NCBI GenBank assembly: GCA_019038625.1
Contig: JAHOYU010000084.1
Span: 1-60,000 of the forward strand
Length of the DNA: 60,000 bases
Reading direction: 5' to 3'
DNA from: Candidatus Latescibacterota bacterium
Lineage (GTDB): Bacteria > Krumholzibacteriota > Krumholzibacteriia > Krumholzibacteriales > Krumholzibacteriaceae
A program made the position numbers and the translations under genes. The notes under the pieces are model-generated. The model had not been told where the DNA came from. It saw nothing but the letters and a program-made list of their open reading frames with translations, and ran no database searches. This document shows, one piece after another, positions 18,504-26,805 of the stretch. Numbering within the stretch: position 1 is the first letter of the stretch; each line of letters begins with the position of its first letter.

Positions 18504-18872
18504 CTACTTCTTTTTGGCCCTGGCCTTCTTCTTTGGTTTGGCCTTGACCTTCTTCTTGGCTTTAGCCTTGACCTTTTTCTTGGCCTTGGCTTTTACCTTC
18601 TTCTTGGCTTTAGCCTTGACCTTTTTCTTGGCCTTGGCTTTTACCTTCTTCTTGGCTTTAGCCTTGACCTTTTTCTTGGCCTTGGCTTTTACCTTCTTCT
18701 TGGCTTTAGCCTTGACCTTTTTCTTGGCCTTGGCTTTTACCTTCTTCTTGACTTTGGCTTTGACCTTCTTGGCTTTGACTTTTGTCTTAGCCTTTACCTT
18801 CTTCTTGGCCTTCGCCTTAGTCTTGGCTTTCTTTTTGGTTTTGGCCTTAGCCTTAGTAGCCATCTTGCCCAC
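18504..18872 (-). CDS. Lys/Ala-rich histone-H1-like (Hc1/AlgP-type) basic repeat protein
   Basis: 122 aa made almost entirely of K, A, V and T: MGKMATKAKAKTKKK...(AKAKKKVK)n...KKKARAKKK. It has its own terminator and an AT-rich upstream region. No globular domain is present. Confidence 0.75.
   Translation of the reverse strand: MGKMATKAKAKTKKKAKTKAKAKKKVKAKTKVKAKKVKAKVKKKVKAKAKKKVKAKAKKKVKAKAKKKVKAKAKKKVKAKAKKKVKAKAKKKVKAKAKKKVKAKAKKKVKAKPKKKARAKKK
18558..18749. repeat. four perfect 48-bp tandem repeats inside the Lys/Ala-rich gene
   Basis: The unit GGCTTTAGCCTTGACCTTTTTCTTGGCCTTGGCTTTTACCTTCTTCTT recurs at 18558, 18606, 18654 and 18702. Degenerate copies flank both sides. Each unit encodes 2 x AKAKKKVK. 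Confidence 0.9.
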
Positions 18873-19072
18873 CCCTTTGAAAAAGTTGAAAGCCTGCCAT
18901 CGAACATCCTGCTTTCACTCTCTGTATGTCGACGCAATGGTGAAAATGTGAAAGCGTTTATTTATAGATGACACATGTTATTCATGAGAGAAAAAAAGTG
19001 TCAAGACTTTATTGAAAAAATACAAAGAAAAATTAAAAATATTTTTTAAAGTTTGCGTTCGATTCACTCACA

Positions 19073-19101
19073 TTGACATGAAATTTCTCTGCTGATATAG
19101 T
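19073..19101 (+). promoter_or_regulatory. near-consensus sigma70 promoter for the DUF362/nhaC/MATE gene string
   Basis: TTGACA (19073-19078), a 17-nt spacer, then TATAGT (19096-19101), about 35 nt upstream of the ATG at 19137. Confidence 0.55.
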
Positions 19102-19136
19102 GACTGAAGTTTACAAACTCAACAGATGGGTAGCAC

Positions 19137-20141
19137 ATGAATAATCCAACAGCTGTCTTTTTGAAAAATGAAAATGATCTCTGCCAGTTTCTGAAGACCG
19201 AATTCAGTAAAATATATCCGCAAGGTTCGAGAGTGCTGATCAAACTACACATGGGTGAACCAGGCAACAAGCATTACATCAAAGCAAAACTCGCGGGGAA
19301 GATAATCGACCTGCTCAAAGATAATGAATGCGAACCTTTCTTCTTCGATACACCTGTGGTGTACAACAGCCCACGCAACAATCCGGAAGATTACCTCAAG
19401 GTAGCGGCCGACCACGGATACAGCAGGGAGAGCCTCGGCGTTCCCGTCGTCATCAACGACAAAAGCACAAAGGTTAGCGGCAACCAAATGGAATATGGTC
19501 TCGCGAGTTCCCCGCTGGAAGTCGATGGCGTTCTCCTCCTGACACACTTCAAGGGTCATATGTGTTCGGGAATAGGAGGTTCGATCAAGAACGTAGGCAT
19601 GGGATGTATGTCAAAAGAAACGAAGGGTGCTATCCACGCCGGGGGAGAACCTGTATACACTGACGGATGCACTGAATGCGGCGCATGCGTTGATAATTGC
19701 CCCACCGATAATATTCGGCTTGATGAAGGGCGTCCGTGGTTCGATGTGAACTGGTGTCCCGGATGCAGTAATTGTATTCTCTCATGTCCTGTTGATGCCA
19801 TCAGACCAAAGACTGGCATCTTCGACAGACTTCTTTCTGAGGCAGCCGTTCTCGCTCACAATAGATTCAATAATGTCTACGCGATCAATGTCATGAAAGG
19901 CATGACAAAACTTTGCGACTGCGTGGCCGATTCAGGACCCGTACTGGTTGAAGACGCGGGGTTCGTCTGCGCGCCAGACATGCTGACGGCCGATATCGCT
20001 TCGCTGGAACTGCTCAAACAGAAAACAGGCAAAGAAGATATTTTTCAGGAACACAACAAGGTCTCGTCATGGGGTCACGTTCGCGAGACAGCATCACTTT
20101 TGAACAGAGACATGAAAGTTGAGATAAAAGAAATTCCCTGA
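19137..20141 (+). CDS. DUF362 domain protein with 2x[4Fe-4S] ferredoxin insert
   Basis: 334 aa. The DUF362-like regions are VLIKLHMGEPGN and THFKGHMCSGIGGSIKNVGMGC. Two CxxCxxCxxxCP motifs are present: CTECGACVDNCP and CPGCSNCILSCP. Confidence 0.8.
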   Translation: MNNPTAVFLKNENDLCQFLKTEFSKIYPQGSRVLIKLHMGEPGNKHYIKAKLAGKIIDLLKDNECEPFFFDTPVVYNSPRNNPEDYLKVAADHGYSRESLGVPVVINDKSTKVSGNQMEYGLASSPLEVDGVLLLTHFKGHMCSGIGGSIKNVGMGCMSKETKGAIHAGGEPVYTDGCTECGACVDNCPTDNIRLDEGRPWFDVNWCPGCSNCILSCPVDAIRPKTGIFDRLLSEAAVLAHNRFNNVYAINVMKGMTKLCDCVADSGPVLVEDAGFVCAPDMLTADIASLELLKQKTGKEDIFQEHNKVSSWGHVRETASLLNRDMKVEIKEIP

Positions 20142-20157
20142 GAGGCAAACCCGGACA

Positions 20158-22080
20158 ATGAGATCCTCGACGATTAAAATCGGTATCCTGATAACACTGG
20201 CCCTGCTCGTATTAGTATCGTCTTCCGTTATCACTTCGGCCGGCCAGCTACCGCGACTCCAGCTGAAAGGTGTCCCCTTCCATTTTCATCTCGACTCAGA
20301 AGCTGCCGGAAATCCAGAGAATGCAGGAGACACCGTTATAGTATCAATTAAAGGTGATGTGGTATTCGAAGGGCCCTTTTCCACTCTTGTTTCCGATGGG
20401 ATCGAACTGGTATTCAACGACACCGGCATCCAAAACGTCGAGATATCAGGAATGAAGACTCCGCCCATCTTCCGGTTCAGGGTGATACACGGCTGGCTGG
20501 CTCTTCTTCCTCCGATTGTGGCCATCGTCTTCGCTCTCGCTTTCAAACAGGTAGTGATCGCTCTGCTCGCGGGCGTATGGCTGGGGTCACTTGTCGTGAC
20601 AGGATTTCACCCTGTCATCTCCATTACGCGCATTGTGGATCACTACGTGATCAATACTCTGTCAGGACCGGAAGAAGGGGCCGATCACATGTCGATACTC
20701 ATCTTCACTCTTCTGCTTGGAGGAATGGTAGGTATCACTTCGAGGATGGGAGGCATGCAAGGCATCGTAGCGCGTGTCTCGAAGCTCGCAACAAGCGCGC
20801 GACGGGGACAGTTTACCGTCTGGCTTATGGGCATGATCATATTTTTCGATGACTATACAAACACACTCATCGTCGGCAACTCGACAAGACCACTCACCGA
20901 CAGGCTCAGGATCTCGCGGGAAAAATTATCATACATCGTAGATTCCACTGCGGCTCCGATAACCGCGCTGGCCGTCATTACGAGCTGGATAGGTTTTCAG
21001 ATCTCCCTTATCAACCAGTCGTTCGTCTCGATGGGCGTTGAACGAAACCCGCTCACCACTTTTGTTTCATCTCTTCCCTTCAGTCTGTATCCGATCCTCG
21101 CCGTATTTTTCGTCCTGCTGATCGTAGTATCCGGAAGAGACTACTCCCTTATGCTCAAGGCTGAAAGAAGAGCAAGGTCAACGGGAAAGGTAAACAGCGA
21201 CGATGCTGTCCCCCTTTCCACTCTTGACTCCGACGCGATCTCACTCGCGGAAGGAGTCACGCCAAGGCTTGTCAACGGCATCCTGCCGATCGGCACGGTC
21301 ATTGTCGTCACACTGGTCGGGTTGCTGGTGACTGGACACTCATCTCTCATCGACTCGGGAGTCGAGTCGTTCGGCATCTTCGATATGCTGAAGGAGTCGA
21401 ACTCATTCACCGCTCTTCTCTGGAGTTCATTCGCCGGTTGTCTGGTTGCCGCCCTCCTCGCGCTTTCCCAGAGACTGCTTGATGTCCGGGAGACTGTGAA
21501 TGCATGGGTGAACGGCATCAAATCGATGGTCACTGCCTTCGTCATCCTTGTATTGGCGTGGTGCATCGGCATGGTGTGCGTCGAACTGCATACGGCAGGT
21601 TTTCTCGTTCATCACCTGGCGGGCATACTCTCTCCCCGGTTCCTTCCCCTGTTCGTTTTCCTGCTTGCGATCGGGATCTCGTTTTCTACCGGCACTTCCT
21701 GGGGCACCATGTCGATCCTGACTCCGATAGTGATCCCCCTCGTCTACGGCACGGCCTCTGCAGCAGGACTCACTGCGATGGAAATGGAACCGGTACTCCT
21801 GGCTTCGATAGCGGCCATCCTGTCCGGCGCGGTATTCGGCGACCATTGCTCTCCGATCTCGGACACGACTATAATGTCGTCGATGGCATCCGGCGCGGAT
21901 CATATAGACCATGTCAGGACTCAGCTGCCCTATGCTCTGACAGTCGGCATCGTCTCACTCATATGCGGATATCTTTTGACCGCTTTTGGCCTGCCCGCTC
22001 CACTTTCCCTTCTTGTCTCGATAGTCACCCTTATCCTGATCGTATACCTGTTCGGCAAAAGATCTGAAGGACCTGCATGA
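20158..22080 (+). CDS. NhaC-family Na+/H+ antiporter with N-terminal extracytoplasmic extension
   Basis: 640 aa and polytopic. The family motif is IFFDDYTNTLIVGNSTRPLTDRLRISREKLSYIVDSTAAPI. The first ~110 aa form a signal/anchor plus a soluble domain not seen in standard NhaC. Confidence 0.82.
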   Translation: MRSSTIKIGILITLALLVLVSSSVITSAGQLPRLQLKGVPFHFHLDSEAAGNPENAGDTVIVSIKGDVVFEGPFSTLVSDGIELVFNDTGIQNVEISGMKTPPIFRFRVIHGWLALLPPIVAIVFALAFKQVVIALLAGVWLGSLVVTGFHPVISITRIVDHYVINTLSGPEEGADHMSILIFTLLLGGMVGITSRMGGMQGIVARVSKLATSARRGQFTVWLMGMIIFFDDYTNTLIVGNSTRPLTDRLRISREKLSYIVDSTAAPITALAVITSWIGFQISLINQSFVSMGVERNPLTTFVSSLPFSLYPILAVFFVLLIVVSGRDYSLMLKAERRARSTGKVNSDDAVPLSTLDSDAISLAEGVTPRLVNGILPIGTVIVVTLVGLLVTGHSSLIDSGVESFGIFDMLKESNSFTALLWSSFAGCLVAALLALSQRLLDVRETVNAWVNGIKSMVTAFVILVLAWCIGMVCVELHTAGFLVHHLAGILSPRFLPLFVFLLAIGISFSTGTSWGTMSILTPIVIPLVYGTASAAGLTAMEMEPVLLASIAAILSGAVFGDHCSPISDTTIMSSMASGADHIDHVRTQLPYALTVGIVSLICGYLLTAFGLPAPLSLLVSIVTLILIVYLFGKRSEGPA

Positions 22081-23426
22081 GCCCGATCGATAAGAGAATC
22101 GACCGCGGAATGAGTCTGGAGATCCTCAAGATGTCCGGCCCGATAGCTATAGGAGCGTTATCCAGCACGATGCTCAACATAGTCGATACCGCGATGGTCG
22201 GTCGCCTTGGCGATGTCGCTCTGGGCGCGGTCGGCCTGGGATCCTTTTTCACCCTGGTCATGATACTTGTCTTCGGCTCGCTCAACATCGGCACACAGGC
22301 CATCACTTCCCGGCGCCTGGGTGAAGGCAGGCAGGAGGAGTTTCCTCGAATCGCCGTGAACTCCGCCATACTGGCTCTCGCCATCGGATCGATCATATCG
22401 GTGGTCGGCTACTTCCTCTCACCATGGATATTCTCGCTTCTATCGGGCAATGCCGAGATCGTCCGGGTGGGCACTCCATATCTTATGATACGGTTCACCG
22501 GTCAGTTCGCCATGGTACCCATGATCACTCTAAGCGGTTTCGTGTTCGGGATGGGAAGAGTCCGGATCCACATGGTCGTATCAATTCTGGTCAACATCCT
22601 GAATATCATCCTGAACTGGTTTCTGATCTTCGGGCACTGGATCTTCCCACGGATGGAAGTACGGGGCGCGGCCATAGCATCCGTACTGTCGATGATCGCT
22701 GGCCTGATAGTATTTATTATAGTCATCTACATCCGGATCATCCGGCCGATCGGACTCAGGCGAGGGAGACCACTCGTATCAGGCAACCTTATGGGCCGGA
22801 TCATAAAGATATCCCTTCCCAGGGCGATGCAGTCCCTTTCGATGACGGGCTTTATCATCTTTCTCAGCCTCACGGGCAGGATCGGCGTCGCGGAACTGGC
22901 CATCAGCAATATCATCTTCAAGGCCTTCAACTTCGCCTTCATGATGGGAATGTCGATTGGAACTGCCTCCGCTACCCTGGCAGGCAGGAGCCTTGGAGAA
23001 GGAAAAGAGACGATGGCTGTACGATACGGATGGCACTCGGCCGGAATCGGCGCGATCATCATGGGGCTGATCGGCACTGCTTTCATGTTCTTTCCGAGAG
23101 AGATCATGAGCATTTTCACCGATTCACCCCTGACGGTAGAAAAGGGCGTCCTGCCATTCCGCATTCTGGGGATATTCCAGTTCATTGACGGAGTCGGCAT
23201 CGTCCTTTCAAGGACCCTGCAGGGAACAGGGACTACGATGTACGTGATGATCTCGGAAATGATCTGTATCTGGCTTGTAATGGTCCCCCTCACCTGGGTA
23301 TCCGTGGAATTGCTCGGTGGCAGCCTCTTCCTGGCATGGACAGGCCTTTACGCATACATGACCTGTTTTGCCATTCTGATGGCCTGGAAATTCAAAGAAG
23401 GCAGCTGGATAAAGGTCCGCGTCTGA
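22077..23426 (+). CDS. MATE-family efflux transporter
   Basis: 449 aa with about 12 TM segments. The N-terminus ILKMSGPIAIGALSSTMLNIVDTAMVGRLG is typical of NorM/MATE. There is a 4-nt ATGA overlap with the preceding gene. Confidence 0.9.
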   Translation: MSPIDKRIDRGMSLEILKMSGPIAIGALSSTMLNIVDTAMVGRLGDVALGAVGLGSFFTLVMILVFGSLNIGTQAITSRRLGEGRQEEFPRIAVNSAILALAIGSIISVVGYFLSPWIFSLLSGNAEIVRVGTPYLMIRFTGQFAMVPMITLSGFVFGMGRVRIHMVVSILVNILNIILNWFLIFGHWIFPRMEVRGAAIASVLSMIAGLIVFIIVIYIRIIRPIGLRRGRPLVSGNLMGRIIKISLPRAMQSLSMTGFIIFLSLTGRIGVAELAISNIIFKAFNFAFMMGMSIGTASATLAGRSLGEGKETMAVRYGWHSAGIGAIIMGLIGTAFMFFPREIMSIFTDSPLTVEKGVLPFRILGIFQFIDGVGIVLSRTLQGTGTTMYVMISEMICIWLVMVPLTWVSVELLGGSLFLAWTGLYAYMTCFAILMAWKFKEGSWIKVRV

Positions 23427-23452
23427 TATCACATCCAGGGCGTTCAGCATTC

Positions 23453-23481
23453 TTGACATTATATATCCATATACGTATATA
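23453..23481 (+). promoter_or_regulatory. sigma70-like promoter preceding the small ORFs / fmdB-type gene
   Basis: TTGACA (23453-23458), a 17-nt spacer, then TATATA (23476-23481). Confidence 0.5.
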
Positions 23482-23574
23482 TGATTAGCATATCGGGAGC
23501 AGGATGCCGGGGGAGATCTGATAGATATACGAAGAGCGGCCGCTAGAAGGTCGCTTGGCGAAATGGAGTGGACG

Positions 23575-23664
23575 ATGAATGACGCGCTGGGAATCATCAT
23601 ATTTCTCGTCGTCTGGATAGTCGTAATGAAATTCATCCTGCCGAAGGCTGGAGTCCCCACCTGA
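23575..23664 (+). CDS. possible 29-aa single-TM micro-protein (alternative start 23563)
   Basis: MNDALGIIIFLVVWIVVMKFILPKAGVPT*. GGAG lies 6 nt upstream of ATG 23575. It is downstream of the 23453 promoter and ends in a TGA that is directly followed in-frame by a second small ORF (see findings). It is too short to be confident. Confidence 0.35.
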   Translation: MNDALGIIIFLVVWIVVMKFILPKAGVPT

Positions 23665-23802
23665 ATGGGCGGGACATGCGACGTCGGGGACCGACGTGAA
23701 GACGAAAACAAGGAAAAGAGTGACGACGAGACTGTCGATTGAGAGTGGCTGACTTCTTGTTGCATCAAAACTCAATAGTCAACAGCATCAGCGGAGGGAT
23801 CG

Positions 23803-23991
23803 ATGCCGATATTCGAGTTCATATGTTCTAAATGCGAAGAACAATTCGAGGAACTGGTGTCCTCTTCTGACAGCAAGGTCAAATGCCCTTTCTGCGGCAG
23901 TGCCAGAACGGAGAAACAGTTCTCTTCCTTTTCCAGCAGTTCCTCTTCGGGAGTTCATGGAGGAGGGTGTGCCCCTTCGGGCGGCGGGTGA
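23803..23991 (+). CDS. FmdB-family zinc-ribbon protein (CxxC_CxxC_SSSS)
   Basis: 62 aa. MPIFEFICSKCEEQFEELV...VKCPFCGS matches the FmdB/TIGR02605 pattern, followed by a Ser/Gly-rich tail. Confidence 0.85.
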   Translation: MPIFEFICSKCEEQFEELVSSSDSKVKCPFCGSARTEKQFSSFSSSSSSGVHGGGCAPSGGG

Positions 23992-24004
23992 AGCCCCTTC
24001 TGAC

Positions 24005-24030
24005 AAAACGGCGGTCTGCCGTTTTTGAAA
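24005..24030 (+). terminator. rho-independent terminator after the fmdB-type gene
   Basis: The stem AAAACGGC / GCCGTTTT has loop GGTCT and runs into TTTTTG. Confidence 0.6.
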
Positions 24031-24048
24031 ATAATGCCTGAAAATACG

Positions 24049-24071
24049 CCCGGAAGGGAACACCTTCCGGG
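24049..24071 (-). terminator. hairpin terminating the gltX-tRNAGln-tRNAGlu transcript
   Basis: A 9-bp GC-rich stem CCCGGAAGG / CCTTCCGGG lies 11 nt past the tRNA-Glu 3' end. On the minus strand it is followed by CGTATTTTC. Confidence 0.5.
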
Positions 24072-24082
24072 CTTTCTTTATC

Positions 24083-24157
24083 TGGTAGCCCCTAGGGGAG
24101 TTGAACCCCTGATTCATGGCTGAGAACCATGCGTCCTTACCGCTAGACTAAGGGGCC
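24083..24157 (-). tRNA. tRNA-Glu (anticodon CTC)
   Basis: The reverse complement GGCCCCTTAGTCTAGCGGTAAGGACGCATGGTTCTCAGCCATGAATCAGGGGTTCAACTCCCCTAGGGGCTACCA has anticodon stem CATGG/CCATG, loop TTCTCAG and an encoded CCA. Confidence 0.9.
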
Positions 24158-24166
24158 AGAGTTATC

Positions 24167-24240
24167 TGGCTGGAGAGGGAGGACTCGAACCCCCATCGGC
24201 TGATCCAGAGTCAGCTGTCCTACCGTTGGACGACTCTCCA
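24167..24240 (-). tRNA. tRNA-Gln (anticodon CTG)
   Basis: The reverse complement TGGAGAGTCGTCCAACGGTAGGACAGCTGACTCTGGATCAGCCGATGGGGGTTCGAGTCCTCCCTCTCCAGCCA has anticodon stem GCTGA/TCAGC, loop CTCTGGA, T-loop TTCGAGT and an encoded CCA. Confidence 0.9.
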
Positions 24241-24298
24241 AAGTTATGCAACAACCTACAAAATTTAATCTTGAAATGCAATAGCCTTTTTTAAATGG

Positions 24299-25861
24299 TC
24301 AGGGCATTTCGACCACGGCTCTGAGTCTTTCAATCGATTTTGTTTTTCCCAGAAGAAAGATCACGTGGAAAATGTCGGGAGATACTTTCTGCCCGCATAA
24401 CGCCACACGGCAGGGGTGTATCAACTCACCAGCATCCAGCTCCAATCTGTCCGCTAAAGCCCGGAGAGTCTCCTCGATCGTACTCGAATCGAAATACTGC
24501 AGTTTTTCGAACTCATCGGCCAGCAAGGACATGTTTTTCCTGCTATCAGGCTCGCTCAAAAAAGCGTGGAACGCATTTTCGTCAATCTCAAACTCATCTG
24601 TATAGAAATATCTGAGCATTCCCGGAATGTCCTTCAGCAGCTTCAGTCTGTTCCCGAAGATATTTATTATCCAGGCCAGCCTTGTGAACTCCTTCTGATC
24701 GAATCTGCCCTTTCGCCATCCGTTACCACCACTCTCAACCGTTTCCGTACCGGAAACCAATTTCAGATCGACCGGCATTTCAGTATCCACTCTGAACTCA
24801 GGCGGAATAAGGCCATTCTCCTCCATTGCCCTGTATATCACAACGGTCTTCGCCGGAAGAGGCATCTTCTTGAAGTGTTCGGCATTCATATGCTCCATCC
24901 TGGCCAGGTCGAACACAGCGGGATTCTTTGATACTTTTTTCAGGGAGAATTTCTCGATGAGGGACTTTCTTTCGAAATATTCACGCTTCCCGTCCAGCGA
25001 CCATCCCAGAAGAGCGAGATAGTTGATCATGGCGACAGGAAGATAATGGCTTTCCTTATAGAAATCTATCGACGTCGCACCGTGCCTCTTGCTCAATCTG
25101 GTCCTGTCCTCGCCCAGGATCATCGGGAGATGAACAAACTTCGGCAGCCTGAAACCGAGCGCCAGATAAAGGTGTGCCTGCCGGGGAGTATTCGATATAT
25201 GATCGTCCCCCCTGATAACATGGCTTATCTTCATCCGCGCGTCGTCGACGACCACGGCGAAATTATACGTGGGGTGTCCATCGGATTTTATGATCACGAA
25301 ATCGTCGAGATCTGAATTCGCAAAGCTGAAATCGCCCCTCACGATATCACGAAATCGGATCTCACCCTCATCGGGCATCCGGAACCGGACGACATGTGGC
25401 TGCCCGGCAGCGAGCCTCTCCTCCACCTCCATGGAGCTGAGGCCACGGCAGGTACCGTCGTATTTAGGGTCGAGCTTGTCCTTCCGGGCTTTTTCTCTTT
25501 TCACTGCCAGCTCGTCCGGGTCGCAGAAGCAATAATATGCCTTACCCTCGCCGATTATTCTGCTGGCGTCCGTATGATAAAGGACTCCTCTGGCCGATTG
25601 TATGTAGGGGCCGTATTCTCCCCCCACATCCGGGCCCTCGTCCCAGTCAAGGCCGAGCCATCTCATTCCCCTGAGAATACCCTCGTACGATTCGCTGGTA
25701 GACCTGCTGGCATCCGTATCTTCGATCCTGAGGATGAAAGTGCCGCCTGTCTTCCTTGCATACAGCCAGTTAAACAGCGCCGTCCTCGCTCCTCCCACGT
25801 GAAGGTGGCCTGTGGGACTCGGTGCGAATCTGACCCTTATCTCACTGTTCTCCGCTGACAT
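24299..25861 (-). CDS. gltX: glutamate--tRNA ligase
   Basis: 520 aa with class-I signatures: RFAPSPTGHLHVGGARTALFNWLYAR (HIGH), ILRIEDTD and LSKRHG (KMSKS). Confidence 0.95.
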   Translation of the reverse strand: MSAENSEIRVRFAPSPTGHLHVGGARTALFNWLYARKTGGTFILRIEDTDASRSTSESYEGILRGMRWLGLDWDEGPDVGGEYGPYIQSARGVLYHTDASRIIGEGKAYYCFCDPDELAVKREKARKDKLDPKYDGTCRGLSSMEVEERLAAGQPHVVRFRMPDEGEIRFRDIVRGDFSFANSDLDDFVIIKSDGHPTYNFAVVVDDARMKISHVIRGDDHISNTPRQAHLYLALGFRLPKFVHLPMILGEDRTRLSKRHGATSIDFYKESHYLPVAMINYLALLGWSLDGKREYFERKSLIEKFSLKKVSKNPAVFDLARMEHMNAEHFKKMPLPAKTVVIYRAMEENGLIPPEFRVDTEMPVDLKLVSGTETVESGGNGWRKGRFDQKEFTRLAWIINIFGNRLKLLKDIPGMLRYFYTDEFEIDENAFHAFLSEPDSRKNMSLLADEFEKLQYFDSSTIEETLRALADRLELDAGELIHPCRVALCGQKVSPDIFHVIFLLGKTKSIERLRAVVEMP

Positions 25862-25866
25862 TTTCT

Positions 25867-26805
25867 CTATCTGTCCTCTCCGGGTCTTCCCCTCGGAACT
25901 TCCTTGAGATAGACCGAAAAATCATCCTTAAGCCTTATCTTTTCTATTAATGATCCGTAATCCATCCCAAAGACCTCTCCCGAAGCCTGATCGAAACTCT
26001 TTCCTTCTCCCAGTTTTCCGACAAAAGACACGATCTCTCTTAGAGTGAATGACTCCATCAGCCTCTCCACCATCAAATATGATATATAAAAAGAGACCCT
26101 TACAAACGCCCTGTCCTCAGCCAGATCGAGATAATTGTCCAGTTCCTCCACCGAAGGATTGAAGCCGAGCATCTCAGTCTCAAACTCTATCGCCTGCATC
26201 TGAAGGATCGATTTCTCATTTGCGACAAAAGAAGAGATTCCTTCCCTTAACCAGGTCGGTATCTTTCCGCCAGATTTCCTGTTGAGGGCCATCTGCGCCA
26301 GCTTCTGGGTCAACCCTATCTGTGACAATGAACGACGCGTAAAAATATCATACCTTTTCATCATGACATTGAAGGGCATGAAATACAGGGTGTCTCCATG
26401 ATTGATTCCGTAGTACCACCATTCTTTTCTTGTCAGGTATTTATACTCATCAAGGTCCTTCGCGCCGATAATGACTACCTGCCCATCAGCCGGCCTTCCA
26501 ATATGTTTGACTACATCCTGGTTAGCTTCATAAGCGTATCCGAAATTGTTGGTAGAAATATATTTCGCGATGCCGGAAGGGGGATAGTGAAGCGCTATAT
26601 CCTTGTTAGCTATGACTCCACCCCGCACAGGGTGGTAATCATCTACTGTGATCCCGTACCCCTCGATCGGCGCAAGAAGAGAATCGGGCACGCGAAAATC
26701 TACTTCCGAACCTTCCTTCTTCGAATCACCACCGCATCCGTTGACAAGACCAGCGGCAAGAAGAAATATCATCATGATTGTCAACTTATCCTTCAGCAGG
26801 CTCAT
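25867..26805 (-). CDS. hypothetical lipoprotein
   Basis: The signal peptide has a lipobox-like LVNGC. The ATG at 26805 (MSLLKDKLTIMMIFLLAAGLVNGC) is preceded by AAGGAG with a 6-nt spacer, whereas the track start is 26823. The body is not recognised and no HExxH is seen. Confidence 0.7.
   Translation of the reverse strand: MSLLKDKLTIMMIFLLAAGLVNGCGGDSKKEGSEVDFRVPDSLLAPIEGYGITVDDYHPVRGGVIANKDIALHYPPSGIAKYISTNNFGYAYEANQDVVKHIGRPADGQVVIIGAKDLDEYKYLTRKEWWYYGINHGDTLYFMPFNVMMKRYDIFTRRSLSQIGLTQKLAQMALNRKSGGKIPTWLREGISSFVANEKSILQMQAIEFETEMLGFNPSVEELDNYLDLAEDRAFVRVSFYISYLMVERLMESFTLREIVSFVGKLGEGKSFDQASGEVFGMDYGSLIEKIRLKDDFSVYLKEVPRGRPGEDR

Noticed and set aside
18540-18790. Regular 48-bp periodicity that a repeat finder might flag as a CRISPR array
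   Set aside because: The units are directly abutting with no unique spacers. They lie in an open reading frame, and no cas genes or leader are present.
18514-18951. 145-aa plus-strand ORF (LALAFFFGLALTFF... repeats)
   Set aside because: It is the mirror-image frame of the Lys/Ala repeat gene. The minus-strand frame has a start context, a terminator and a biologically known protein type. The Leu/Phe repeat is a by-product of AAG/GCC complements.
22424-23188. 254-aa ORF in an alternative plus frame, and 22727..23293 on the minus strand
   Set aside because: Both are embedded in the MATE transporter gene. They have Arg/His/Pro-rich non-protein-like composition.
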